Shown here piece by piece: positions 50,703 through 59,561 of a stretch of 64,000 bases of DNA. The position numbers and the translations under genes are program-made. The stretch's first letter is position 1. Every line of letters starts with the position of its first letter. Where the stretch lies: IMG/VR virus record IMGVR_UViG_3300017950_000006, positions 25,994-89,993 of that record; one strand, 5' to 3'. Under the pieces are notes generated by a model that saw only the letters and a program-made list of their open reading frames with translations, was not told the DNA's origin and did not search any database. This DNA is from a virus.

Positions 50703-51250
50703 TGGTGCACACTCTTTCGGATCATTATAGACGTCAACTTCTAAAGTTACATCATACTAAGAATTCGTTTGGTTCGAAGTCTTGGTATAAAGGACTTGAC
50801 GAGTTCTTTGAAAAATATGAACCGGAGAGTGTAATTGATTACGGTTGTGGTAAAGGTAAGTTGTTAGAATCTATTAAAACACGATATCAAATTAAGGGAG
50901 TGGGATACGATCCTGGTGTAATTGAATTTATGACAACCCCGACTGAGCCTGCAGATGTGCTAGTATGTACAGATGTATTAGAACACATTGAACCTAATTT
51001 TATCGATACAGTGCTTTCACAAATCGATAAGTTATATACAAAAGGAGCATGGCTATTAATAGATACTGCTCCAGCAATTAAGTTTTTAGCAGACGGAAGA
51101 AATGCTCATCTAATACTTGAAGATAAAGAATGGTGGGATGATAAAGTAAAAACAATAATGATTAATAGTACTATTGTTTCTAGTAAGTTTAAAAAAAATA
51201 AAGTTATAATGGAGGTGTGTAAAAATGGAACCGATACTAATAAGTCCTAA
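50702..51250 (+). CDS. Class I SAM-dependent methyltransferase
   Basis: IDYGCGKG, GYDP and C.DVLEHI motifs. Confidence 0.8.
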   Translation: MVHTLSDHYRRQLLKLHHTKNSFGSKSWYKGLDEFFEKYEPESVIDYGCGKGKLLESIKTRYQIKGVGYDPGVIEFMTTPTEPADVLVCTDVLEHIEPNFIDTVLSQIDKLYTKGAWLLIDTAPAIKFLADGRNAHLILEDKEWWDDKVKTIMINSTIVSSKFKKNKVIMEVCKNGTDTNKS

Positions 51251-51860
51251 TTTAGTTTATAAGGCACATTGTCCTATAGATATGACTAATATTGCTGAAC
51301 GTGGTGCTAAACTTCTCGATACTATTGTTGACCCTGGCGAAGTTGAACAAGAAGGTGGCATAACAAGTACTGGACATCTAGATGCTCCACATATGTGGGA
51401 AGAAACACAATTATTAAACAAGTGGCTTAGAGTACAAGCAGAAAAGGTTTTAAATCTTTGGGATTTAAAATTTAATACATTTGGAGTTACTAAGAGTTGG
51501 GTTAATAGTCATTATCACGGAGCATGGACTGATTCACACGATCACGGTGACAGTCACTTAGTATGTTCAGTATACTTGAAACAACCGCCACACGGTGGCA
51601 ACTTAGAATTTGAAAATCTTGGTCGTTCAATGTTTGCAAGTTATCCACGTTTCCCTCAAAACAACAGTAGTCTACATAATTATTATACAGAAGTAGAAGT
51701 AAACCAAGGAGATGTTGTTTTCTTTCCTGGCTGGTTAAGTCATAAAAGTCAACCAAATAACAGTATGGAACGAAGAATAGTAATGGGTATGAATTGGCAC
51801 TGTTCTTTTGAAAGACCACCACAAATGAATAACAATCATATTACTAAGGACGCGGCCTAA
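51225..51860 (+). CDS. 2OG-Fe(II) oxygenase (TIGR02466-like)
   Basis: SWVN, HDH, SVYL, FFPGWLSH and R motifs. Confidence 0.75.
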   Translation: MEPILISPNLVYKAHCPIDMTNIAERGAKLLDTIVDPGEVEQEGGITSTGHLDAPHMWEETQLLNKWLRVQAEKVLNLWDLKFNTFGVTKSWVNSHYHGAWTDSHDHGDSHLVCSVYLKQPPHGGNLEFENLGRSMFASYPRFPQNNSSLHNYYTEVEVNQGDVVFFPGWLSHKSQPNNSMERRIVMGMNWHCSFERPPQMNNNHITKDAA

Positions 51861-52573
51861 TGTTTAGTATTTGGAAGAAACCCTCAACTATTACATTAGA
51901 TTGTTTTACAGACCAACGAGTTATTCATGATGCATACGAACCAGTACTTGCTAAAGACTGGATGCCAGACTGGTGGAAAAAAATGCCTGCTACACGTAAA
52001 TTTGATAGCAGAACATTCCAAGGACTAGACAACGCTACACTAAAACGTTGTCCTCATGTCAATCAACTTTTAACTACAGGTGTAATTTTTCCTGCGTGGA
52101 TGCAATTACAAATTAAAACTTTTGATAGAGTTGATCAAGCAATGATTCAAACCTATCCTGAAAATAGTCCTGTTATTCCTCATGACCCGCAAGACTATGC
52201 TCATCATAAACCAAATATGTTTCATGGTAAAGTTATGAGTCCTTGGCAGATTAGAGATAAGAGCGGAATTGACTGGATGTGGATGGCACCACAATGGCAT
52301 CAAACAAATCCTTTAGAATATTGGACAGTTCCAGCAATAACAGAATTTAAGTATCAACACGCTTCACTAGTAAACATTATGATTCCATTTAATACAGAAT
52401 TAAAAGTTGAACCTGGAGATCCTTGGTTACATTTAGTTCCACTCTCTGATAAAAGAATAAACATTAAAACTCACTTAGTAACAAGTCAAGAACTAGCAAA
52501 ACTAAACAGTCTAATGATGGGTGTTGGTAGTTATGCAAAGTTTATGACTAGGATGAAAAGGAAAGGCAAATGA
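51860..52573 (+). CDS. Hypothetical protein (KxCP family); paralog of 9358-10059
   Basis: PDWWKKMP, TLKRCP, SPW and GDP..H motifs. Confidence 0.55.
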   Translation: MFSIWKKPSTITLDCFTDQRVIHDAYEPVLAKDWMPDWWKKMPATRKFDSRTFQGLDNATLKRCPHVNQLLTTGVIFPAWMQLQIKTFDRVDQAMIQTYPENSPVIPHDPQDYAHHKPNMFHGKVMSPWQIRDKSGIDWMWMAPQWHQTNPLEYWTVPAITEFKYQHASLVNIMIPFNTELKVEPGDPWLHLVPLSDKRINIKTHLVTSQELAKLNSLMMGVGSYAKFMTRMKRKGK

Positions 52574-52683
52574 CTGTCGGCGCTGGTATAGGTTTATTTT
52601 TTATAGGAATGATAGCAACCGTTGTGGTTATGTACATTATTATTCGAGCACAAGAAAACGAAAGCAAAGGAGACGACGAATGA
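52570..52683 (+). CDS. 37-aa membrane peptide (absent from ORF track)
   Basis: MTVGAGIGLFFIGMIATVVVMYIIIRAQENESKGDDE; ATGA overlaps at both ends fill the gap exactly. Confidence 0.65.
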   Translation: MTVGAGIGLFFIGMIATVVVMYIIIRAQENESKGDDE

Positions 52684-53033
52684 AAGCAGGAAAGATTTGG
52701 GGTCAAACAGAATTGATCCATGCAAACGGTGTACTAGAATTTCATCGTATAGAATTTAAAAAAGGTTTCAAGTGTAGCGAACACGAACACAAATATAAGT
52801 GGAACGGATTCTTTGTGGAGTCAGGCAAGATGATTGTGCGTGTATGGCAAGATGCTGATCAAGAAGGTCTAGTTGATGAAACAATATTAGGTCCAGGCGA
52901 GTTTACACAGGTCAAGCCGGGCAAGATTCATCAATTTGAAGGTGTAGAAGATGGTGTAGCATTTGAACTGTATTGGGCAGAATTTAATCATGACGATATA
53001 GTAAGAAGAACAGTAGGTACAAAAATTAAGTAA
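52680..53033 (+). CDS. Cupin-domain protein
   Basis: GK.WG, CSEH.H..K.N.F.V.SG and HQF motifs. Confidence 0.7.
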   Translation: MKAGKIWGQTELIHANGVLEFHRIEFKKGFKCSEHEHKYKWNGFFVESGKMIVRVWQDADQEGLVDETILGPGEFTQVKPGKIHQFEGVEDGVAFELYWAEFNHDDIVRRTVGTKIK

Positions 53034-53260
53034 TGGTAAAGATATACGAATCCCCAGATGGAGGTAATACGATTTTTGAACGTGATACTTGCACAGGGGC
53101 TCGTGTTCTTATTGAAGAACTAGAATATCCTGATTGGTATTTGAGTGAATTAGAACTAAGTGAAATAGTAGATTATGCAAATGAAGGAAATAAGTCTTTA
53201 CAAATACAACTAAAGAAGTTAAAATTAATGTATAATCTTATAAAAGAAAGTAACTGGTAA
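53033..53260 (+). CDS. Hypothetical protein (YESPDGG motif)
   Basis: 75-aa translationally coupled ORF. Confidence 0.55.
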   Translation: MVKIYESPDGGNTIFERDTCTGARVLIEELEYPDWYLSELELSEIVDYANEGNKSLQIQLKKLKLMYNLIKESNW

Positions 53261-53838
53261 TGAGAGATCCTAATAGAATTTTTGAAATAGAAAAACCATT
53301 TCCAGACTGGATGGTAAAGTATATTGAAGATCAAACTACTGATGTTGATTGGAAGTTTGTTCATGTTCCTGAAGAAGACGAAGTAGGCAATAACTACAAA
53401 ACACCTGCACTGTTTACTAATGTGATGTACTGCACACAGAGTGGTATACTTGATGATTGGAAAGAACTAAGCAAGATGTTACATACAGCATTGTGTATGA
53501 AAATTATTCCTGATTATATTCCGGACGCACACGTTAATCAAGTTACACGTACACGATTAAATGGAACAGTTAAAGGCGTGTATTATGGTCCTCATAACGA
53601 CGTAGCAAATGGACAGCCAGGATTATGGACGTTTGTTTATTATGTAAATGATGCAGACGGAGATACTATTTTCTTTTCAGATGACGGCAAAACTGAAATG
53701 AAAAGAACAAAATATAAAAAAGGAAATGCAGTTTTATTTCCTGCACATTATTGGCATACTATGGACGTGACAAATGTTCCGTTACGTGTTAGTATAGGAA
53801 TGACATACAGTATAGAGACAAAACTAAATGACGAATAA
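53260..53838 (+). CDS. 2OG-Fe(II) oxygenase
   Basis: PHND, YYVND.DG.T, FP...WH and R motifs. Confidence 0.75.
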   Translation: MRDPNRIFEIEKPFPDWMVKYIEDQTTDVDWKFVHVPEEDEVGNNYKTPALFTNVMYCTQSGILDDWKELSKMLHTALCMKIIPDYIPDAHVNQVTRTRLNGTVKGVYYGPHNDVANGQPGLWTFVYYVNDADGDTIFFSDDGKTEMKRTKYKKGNAVLFPAHYWHTMDVTNVPLRVSIGMTYSIETKLNDE

Positions 53839-54274
53839 ATTACCTTTAAAAGATATTCTAGGTGCAATTGATATGGGCGCCAGAGAAGTATGGGACGAAC
53901 TTGATGACGAGCAAAAGAAGTCTGTTTCTTTTTATTTGCTTAATCGTTATTGTAGTGTAGTCAAGGGTAAACGTGAAGCACAAGAACTTGCAGTGTTTAA
54001 GACAAATGAATATTATAACAAACATTACTTTACACTTGCTAAACATCAAAAACTATTATGGCAACTGTTATGCTTAACTTCAAATGCAGAAAAGAAGATA
54101 CAATATCACGAATGGATTGGCTACAAGAAAAAAGGAGCCAATACTAGTAAGTTAGGAAAAGAATTAGAAAAAATATTTCCTAATATGAAAACAGATGAAA
54201 TTCAGATGCTTGTTGATATGAATAGTAAAAAAGAAGTTGAAAAATATATTGAGGAATTCAATGGTAAAAACTAA
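53828..54274 (+). CDS. Putative clamp-loader small subunit (T4 gp62-like)
   Basis: L..I...ID, F.L.NRY.S, N...N and W..KK pattern resembles the gp62 family. Confidence 0.5.
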   Translation: MTNKLPLKDILGAIDMGAREVWDELDDEQKKSVSFYLLNRYCSVVKGKREAQELAVFKTNEYYNKHYFTLAKHQKLLWQLLCLTSNAEKKIQYHEWIGYKKKGANTSKLGKELEKIFPNMKTDEIQMLVDMNSKKEVEKYIEEFNGKN

Positions 54275-55064
54275 TGGAAGATTATTTACATTTGGTTGTA
54301 GCCTAACAAGATATCACTGGCCTACATGGGCAGACATCTTAGGACAAAGTTATAAAGAATTTTACAACTGGGCAAATCGAGGTGCAGGTAATCGACAAAT
54401 ATTTGAAAGGTTTTCAGAGTTTTTAAGTAAGACTGATCTTTCAGTTGACGATGTTATTGTTATTCAATGGACAGACTTTCATAGATTTGATTATCACATA
54501 TGGGATGAAGAAGCACACGAAACTTGGTATCCTGGAGGAAGTTTATTTGCAAATGTAGAACAGGATCCTATGAAAGGATTTGTAGTGTCTAAAGTTTGGG
54601 AAGAAGAAAGTTATAAGATGCACTCTTTTAATTTTATTCATGCGGCAGTTAGTTTGGCTAGGAATACACCGTGCAAGATACTAATGACATTTTCGCAAGA
54701 CTTTAGACCAGATTTAAATATGAGTTATTGGAAAAACTACAAAAAGATTTTACAAAATAGTTATTGGATTGAAGGTGATATGTACAACTGGCTCTGTGAA
54801 TTACACGATGGAAGGTTGTCATTTTCGGGAGCAAAGCCTGGAGACTTAGCAGAAGATAAACATATGGATTATCATCCAACTCCTATTATGTATTACAAAT
54901 GGCTCAAAGAAAAAGTCAGTACAAAGTTAGGAATTCAAATTGATTTAGAGTTTGCAACTAAAATGCAAAATGCTGTTCAAAAAGTAGAACGATATCAAGA
55001 CATTGGGCAAGCAGTTTTAGATGCAGGATATGATACTAACAAACATTACGTTAGAGGTTACTAA
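54261..55064 (+). CDS. SGNH-hydrolase-like protein
   Basis: FGCS.T, N.A..GAGN, QWT...R.D and D.HP motifs. Confidence 0.55.
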   Translation: MVKTNGRLFTFGCSLTRYHWPTWADILGQSYKEFYNWANRGAGNRQIFERFSEFLSKTDLSVDDVIVIQWTDFHRFDYHIWDEEAHETWYPGGSLFANVEQDPMKGFVVSKVWEEESYKMHSFNFIHAAVSLARNTPCKILMTFSQDFRPDLNMSYWKNYKKILQNSYWIEGDMYNWLCELHDGRLSFSGAKPGDLAEDKHMDYHPTPIMYYKWLKEKVSTKLGIQIDLEFATKMQNAVQKVERYQDIGQAVLDAGYDTNKHYVRGY

Positions 55065-55747
55065 TGTCAGATAAACCGTTTGTTTGTCAATATTGTAATG
55101 TAGGTTACACAAGAGAAAAGACTCTTGCTGTTCATATGTGTGAGCAAAAACGTAGAGCATTACAAAAAGGCGAGAAGCACGTTCAGTTAGGCTATTATGC
55201 GTTCACAAGGTTTTATCAACTATGTCAAAATTTGAAAGGTACAAAGACCTATGAAGAATTCTGTAAGTCTACCTATTATAATGCTTTTGTTAAGTTTGGT
55301 TCCTTTGTTTCAAATGTACGACCGCTATATCCAGAAAAGTATGTTGACTATGTGGTCACATCAGGAGTCAAACTTGATCACTGGTGCCGAGACGAACTAT
55401 ACGAAAAGTACGCACTCGAACTTATCAAAAAAGAAGGTGTCGAAACAGCAGTTGAACGTTCAATCAAAACCATGATGGATTGGGCTGATGCAAATAATGC
55501 TCCGTGGACTCATTATTTCCGTTATGCAAGTTTAAACAGAGTAACACAACATTTACGAGATGGCAAAATTAGTCCATGGCTTGTGTTGAACTGTAAGAGT
55601 GGAAAAGAGATGCTAGGCAAATTTAACGACGAACAACTGGCTATTGTATATCCTGTAATGGATCCACAGCATTGGGCATTACGGTTTAAGCGTAGTCCTG
55701 CTGATATTGAATTGGTAAAAGAAATTGCAGAAAAGGCTAGACTTTAA
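55064..55747 (+). CDS. Hypothetical protein with N-terminal Zn finger
   Basis: CQYC...(12)...HMC. Confidence 0.6.
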   Translation: MSDKPFVCQYCNVGYTREKTLAVHMCEQKRRALQKGEKHVQLGYYAFTRFYQLCQNLKGTKTYEEFCKSTYYNAFVKFGSFVSNVRPLYPEKYVDYVVTSGVKLDHWCRDELYEKYALELIKKEGVETAVERSIKTMMDWADANNAPWTHYFRYASLNRVTQHLRDGKISPWLVLNCKSGKEMLGKFNDEQLAIVYPVMDPQHWALRFKRSPADIELVKEIAEKARL

Positions 55748-55766
55748 CAATATTAGATGTTATAAT
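55738..55766 (+). promoter_or_regulatory. Sigma70-type promoter
   Basis: TAGACT-17 nt-TATAAT heading the operon that ends in the mini-DnaE gene. Confidence 0.65.
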
Positions 55767-55773
55767 AAAAAAC

Positions 55774-56100
55774 ATGAACGACACATTTAACAAAGATTAT
55801 GAATCTAGGACAATAGAGATAGCATCTAATCATGTAGGACCTAATGGTGAAAGTATTGATCGTATTTACGGCAGTCCGGCTAGTGGCGGAACATTAAGAT
55901 TAGTTAATAGAGACTATACAACATACAAAGGTACTATAACTAAAAAAAGTATTACTAGTAAAGGTATTGATGGTAATAATTTTAGAACTCATGTTTATGT
56001 CACAGATGATAATCGATGGTTTGATAGAACAGGAATGCCAATATCAAAAGATAGTGTAAAACTTGACAAAGAGGAGGTTCATGATGCTACACAAGATTAG
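55774..56100 (+). CDS. Hypothetical protein
   Basis: 108-aa ORF just after the promoter. Confidence 0.55.
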   Translation: MNDTFNKDYESRTIEIASNHVGPNGESIDRIYGSPASGGTLRLVNRDYTTYKGTITKKSITSKGIDGNNFRTHVYVTDDNRWFDRTGMPISKDSVKLDKEEVHDATQD

Positions 56101-56284
56101 TCAACTATGCGATAAAATTGACTCACTGAAACTAGATGCTGACAGACTACGAAAAGCAAAGTACGAAAAACCAAAGCGAACAGATGCAGAAATTAATCAA
56201 CTTATTTCACAAATACAATCAGATTGCTATTTGATTTCGCAAGACAAAACACCATATGAAAAAAACGAACAAGAAACAACATAA
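56081..56284 (+). CDS. Small hypothetical protein
   Basis: Strong GAGGAGG SD before the ATG at 56081. Confidence 0.6.
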   Translation: MMLHKISQLCDKIDSLKLDADRLRKAKYEKPKRTDAEINQLISQIQSDCYLISQDKTPYEKNEQETT

Positions 56285-56480
56285 AAAATATTCTGAGGTT
56301 TCACAATATAACCCAGATATACATACAAAAACAAAAGGCGGATTAGGATTCGGTATGAAAAGAAATGTTAAGGATAAAAAATATGACAGCAGTGGTTTAC
56401 ATCTTATTGATGTATTCAAGTGGGAAGTGCCTGAGCATTTAAAAGAAGCATACTTAGAAATGAAAAAAGAAAATGCCTGA
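56256..56480 (+). CDS. Small basic hypothetical protein
   Basis: 74-aa ORF overlapping both neighbours. Confidence 0.5.
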   Translation: MKKTNKKQHKKYSEVSQYNPDIHTKTKGGLGFGMKRNVKDKKYDSSGLHLIDVFKWEVPEHLKEAYLEMKKENA

Positions 56481-57042
56481 TATTGATATAGATTTTGCTA
56501 ACAGAGATCTTATACTTGATAAACTTAAACATCGAGTAGCAAAACTTGATACTGGTAAGAAACATAACACAGGAATTTATGCAACTGAGATCCCCCACAA
56601 TCCAATTGACAATCTTTCAACAATAGATTACGAAACAGCAGAAGAAAGGGGATACTTTAAATTAGACTTTCTTAATGTTTCGATATATACAGATATAAAA
56701 GATGAAGCCCATCTTTTAAACCTTATGAAAAGAGAACCACTATGGGACCTGCTTACCGAGCCAGAATTCAGCGACAACTTATTTCACGTCGCAGGACACA
56801 GTACCTTACTAAAAACAATGAAACCACAGAGTATTCCACAACTAGCCGCTTGCCTAGCAATGATACGTCCAGCGAAGAGACATTTAGTTGGACAACCGTG
56901 GGATACGGTGATGAAAGAAGTGTGGACGAAACCTGAGGACGGAAGTTATTTCTTTAAGAAAGCACACGCAATGGCTTATGCTGTTGGAGTGATTGTACAC
57001 ATGAATTTAATTTGTGAAAAAATTAGTTACGGATACAGTTAA
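56473..57042 (+). CDS. Minimal family-C (DnaE / Pol III alpha-like) polymerase core, 189 aa
   Basis: PDIDIDF, KHNTG, GYFKLDFL, P.SI..LA..LA.IRP and F.KAHA.AY motifs in DnaE order. Confidence 0.8.
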   Translation: MPDIDIDFANRDLILDKLKHRVAKLDTGKKHNTGIYATEIPHNPIDNLSTIDYETAEERGYFKLDFLNVSIYTDIKDEAHLLNLMKREPLWDLLTEPEFSDNLFHVAGHSTLLKTMKPQSIPQLAACLAMIRPAKRHLVGQPWDTVMKEVWTKPEDGSYFFKKAHAMAYAVGVIVHMNLICEKISYGYS

Positions 57043-57411
57043 TTATTTAGGTTTTCTAATAAGTTGAACTGAACGCCTTTTAACTCTTTTAACTGAAAGA
57101 TTCTTTAAATTAACACACGGTCCTAGTAATACTTTTACGTCTTTGCTATTCATATTAACCATACAATATCTAAACGTTTCCATTTCATGTCGTAAAAAGA
57201 TGTTAATCGGAATCATTCGATTAGATTCCCACCACCAGGCTTCACCTAGTTCTATAAAGTGTGTTTGATGTTCTTCATTAAGTATATTCGAATAAACGTA
57301 CATACTTGTAATAAAGTTATCTTGATTATTGATTATCCCAACATACTCCTGCCCACCGTAGGTAACTACGCTTAGGAATGGGAAATTTTCTTCTATGTCT
57401 GTTCTTAGCAT
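57043..57411 (-). CDS. Hypothetical protein
   Basis: 122 aa with WWWESNR.IPI motif; minus-strand TAAATA at 57455-57460. Confidence 0.6.
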   Translation of the reverse strand: MLRTDIEENFPFLSVVTYGGQEYVGIINNQDNFITSMYVYSNILNEEHQTHFIELGEAWWWESNRMIPINIFLRHEMETFRYCMVNMNSKDVKVLLGPCVNLKNLSVKRVKRRSVQLIRKPK

Positions 57412-57436
57412 GATCTCTTTTTAAATAAATATGTGT

Positions 57437-58213
57437 ATGCAACTTACACCTAGATATTTAGTCAATAACAAAACCATTATTGTAGCAGATTTGGCTACAG
57501 GCAACATTACGGAGTATAAACCAGTGTACGCAAAAAATCTAAAAGTATACAGAGGAATAGACAATGTCTTAACCTTTGAAATTAAAAACAACGATCAAAA
57601 ACCAATTAGTATTTTAAACACATATACACCTAAACTAATTGCCTACGATGAAACTAAAACTAAGGTGTTAGAAAAATTAGGAACTGTTATCGAAACATCA
57701 ACTCCTAATTATAAAGGACAATTTACAGTTAATGTATCAGCAAACGATACATTAAACTTAAAAGATCAGTTCTTGTCTTATGCTATCTATTTGGTAAACA
57801 ACAATGATAGTTCAAATGTAGCAACATACGCAAACGCTCATTTTGAAATGTGCGGAATTATAGAAGTTGATAGTTGTGCATTTCCTGGACCAAAAGAATC
57901 GACAACTATTTCATCATTTATAGAATCAGATAGTGTTTATACAAGCGGACCTGTAGGTGCTGAACCAGCACTAAATGGTAATGAAGCATTGCATACTGCG
58001 GCTATCTACTCTACAGACTTTAATGGTACTGTAACTATTCAAGGTAGTTTAGAAAATCAAAATCCAACAAATTGGTTTGACATAACAAATACTGTTTTAA
58101 GTTCTCCAACAGAGCCAGTATATGTTAATTTCAATGGAGTGTTTAATTGGGTAAGAACAACTTATACAACTTCAAATTCTGGAACAATTGATAAAGTACT
58201 CGTCCGAAACTGA
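57437..58213 (+). CDS. Putative virion structural protein
   Basis: Beta-rich; TAAATA-N5-ATG start at 57437. Confidence 0.5.
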   Translation: MQLTPRYLVNNKTIIVADLATGNITEYKPVYAKNLKVYRGIDNVLTFEIKNNDQKPISILNTYTPKLIAYDETKTKVLEKLGTVIETSTPNYKGQFTVNVSANDTLNLKDQFLSYAIYLVNNNDSSNVATYANAHFEMCGIIEVDSCAFPGPKESTTISSFIESDSVYTSGPVGAEPALNGNEALHTAAIYSTDFNGTVTIQGSLENQNPTNWFDITNTVLSSPTEPVYVNFNGVFNWVRTTYTTSNSGTIDKVLVRN

Positions 58214-58242
58214 TTGACTTTTCTGTAGACTTATACTATAAT
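58214..58242 (+). promoter_or_regulatory. Sigma70-type promoter, probably giving a leaderless primase mRNA
   Basis: TTGACT-17 nt-TATAAT, then 6 nt to the ATG with no SD. Confidence 0.7.
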
Positions 58243-58248
58243 AATAGT

Positions 58249-59205
58249 ATGAGCATCGTGTCAGATACATTACAATTACACTTACCAGCGAAACGGAAAA
58301 CTACTCCTAGTGGTTGGACTAGTTTTAATGCTCCCTGTTGTATTCACAATGGCGATAGTGCAGATAAAAGACAGCGTGGTGGATTGATTGCAAATGGCGA
58401 TGGTGGTATTTCTTATCACTGCTTCAATTGTGGATTCAAAGCAAGTTGGGCACCGGGTAGACAATTAAGTCACAAGATGCGTAAACTCTTCCAATGGTTA
58501 GGAACTCCAGACGATACTATTAACAAACTTGCACTTCAATGTTTACAACTAGAAGAAACAGGTACATCGTCTGTTAAAATAGAATTACCAAACTTTGAAG
58601 TAAAAGAATTACCAAACGATTCTAAACTTATCGATGAGCAAACACCTATAGAAGTTATTCAATACTTGCAAACAAGGAATTTATTTTTAGAAGATTATAA
58701 ATTTTATTGGAGTCCTGAATTAAAAGATAGAATTATTATTCCGTTTTATTATAAACAAAACATTGTAGGATATACTGCACGTAAAATTAAATCCGGCAAT
58801 CCTAAATATCTTAGTGAACAACAACCTGGATATGTTTTTAATATTGATAATCAAACATATGATAGAAAATATACTATTGTAGTTGAAGGTCCGTTCGATG
58901 CTGTTACTGTAGAAGGATGTGCATTATTAGGAAGTGAAATCAAAGATCAACAGGCTATGATCCTCAATAGTTTAAATACTACGAAGATAGTTGTACCAGA
59001 TCGCGATGATGCTGGTTCTAAACTTGTTGACCAAGCCATTGAACTTGGTTGGAATGTTAGTATGCCGGACTGGCATGAAAACATAAATGATGTAAACGAT
59101 GCTGTAAATAGATACGGCAAACTTTATACACTGTACTCAATTATTAGTGCAAGTGAAAGCAGTGAGTTAAAAATTAAACTACGGAGCAAAAAATGGTTTG
59201 GCTAA
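58249..59205 (+). CDS. DNA primase (gp61/DnaG-like)
   Basis: Zn ribbon (PCC...HCFNC); RIIIP, G..AR, PKY; TOPRIM EGPFD and DRD..G. Confidence 0.85.
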   Translation: MSIVSDTLQLHLPAKRKTTPSGWTSFNAPCCIHNGDSADKRQRGGLIANGDGGISYHCFNCGFKASWAPGRQLSHKMRKLFQWLGTPDDTINKLALQCLQLEETGTSSVKIELPNFEVKELPNDSKLIDEQTPIEVIQYLQTRNLFLEDYKFYWSPELKDRIIIPFYYKQNIVGYTARKIKSGNPKYLSEQQPGYVFNIDNQTYDRKYTIVVEGPFDAVTVEGCALLGSEIKDQQAMILNSLNTTKIVVPDRDDAGSKLVDQAIELGWNVSMPDWHENINDVNDAVNRYGKLYTLYSIISASESSELKIKLRSKKWFG

Positions 59206-59315
59206 AGAATATTTGGAACAAACTTACTAAGCCTTATCGTGCTTGGCAAGAAAAAAAACGAATGGAAAAGAAAATTGAAGAACTTAAAAAACGAGATCCT
59301 TTTATATACAAGTAA
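59193..59315 (+). CDS. 40-aa basic peptide (absent from ORF track)
   Basis: MVWLKNIWNKLTKPYRAWQEKKRMEKKIEELKKRDPFIYK; GGAG SD; stop abuts the next ATG. Confidence 0.6.
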   Translation: MVWLKNIWNKLTKPYRAWQEKKRMEKKIEELKKRDPFIYK

Positions 59316-59561
59316 ATGTTTATGAGTGAATTTAGACAAGGTATTTTTAATTTGTTAAAACGATTGATTGGCGGTAGCAGTGCGGCGCTGGCAATAGTGT
59401 ACACTATTGGACACATTGTAATTGCTATGATCTGTAACAATTTAATTACTGGTGCTTCATTTGAATTAGCGGCAGTTGATGCTATTGTTGAACCAATGAT
59501 TAACGGTGTGTGGTTTTATATATTACACACAAGTTATAAAAAATTTAAAGGTGTAGAATGA
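59316..59561 (+). CDS. Small membrane protein, DUF2061-like
   Basis: IVYTIGHIVIA...A.VEP.IN.VWFY.LH pattern. Confidence 0.6.
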   Translation: MFMSEFRQGIFNLLKRLIGGSSAALAIVYTIGHIVIAMICNNLITGASFELAAVDAIVEPMINGVWFYILHTSYKKFKGVE

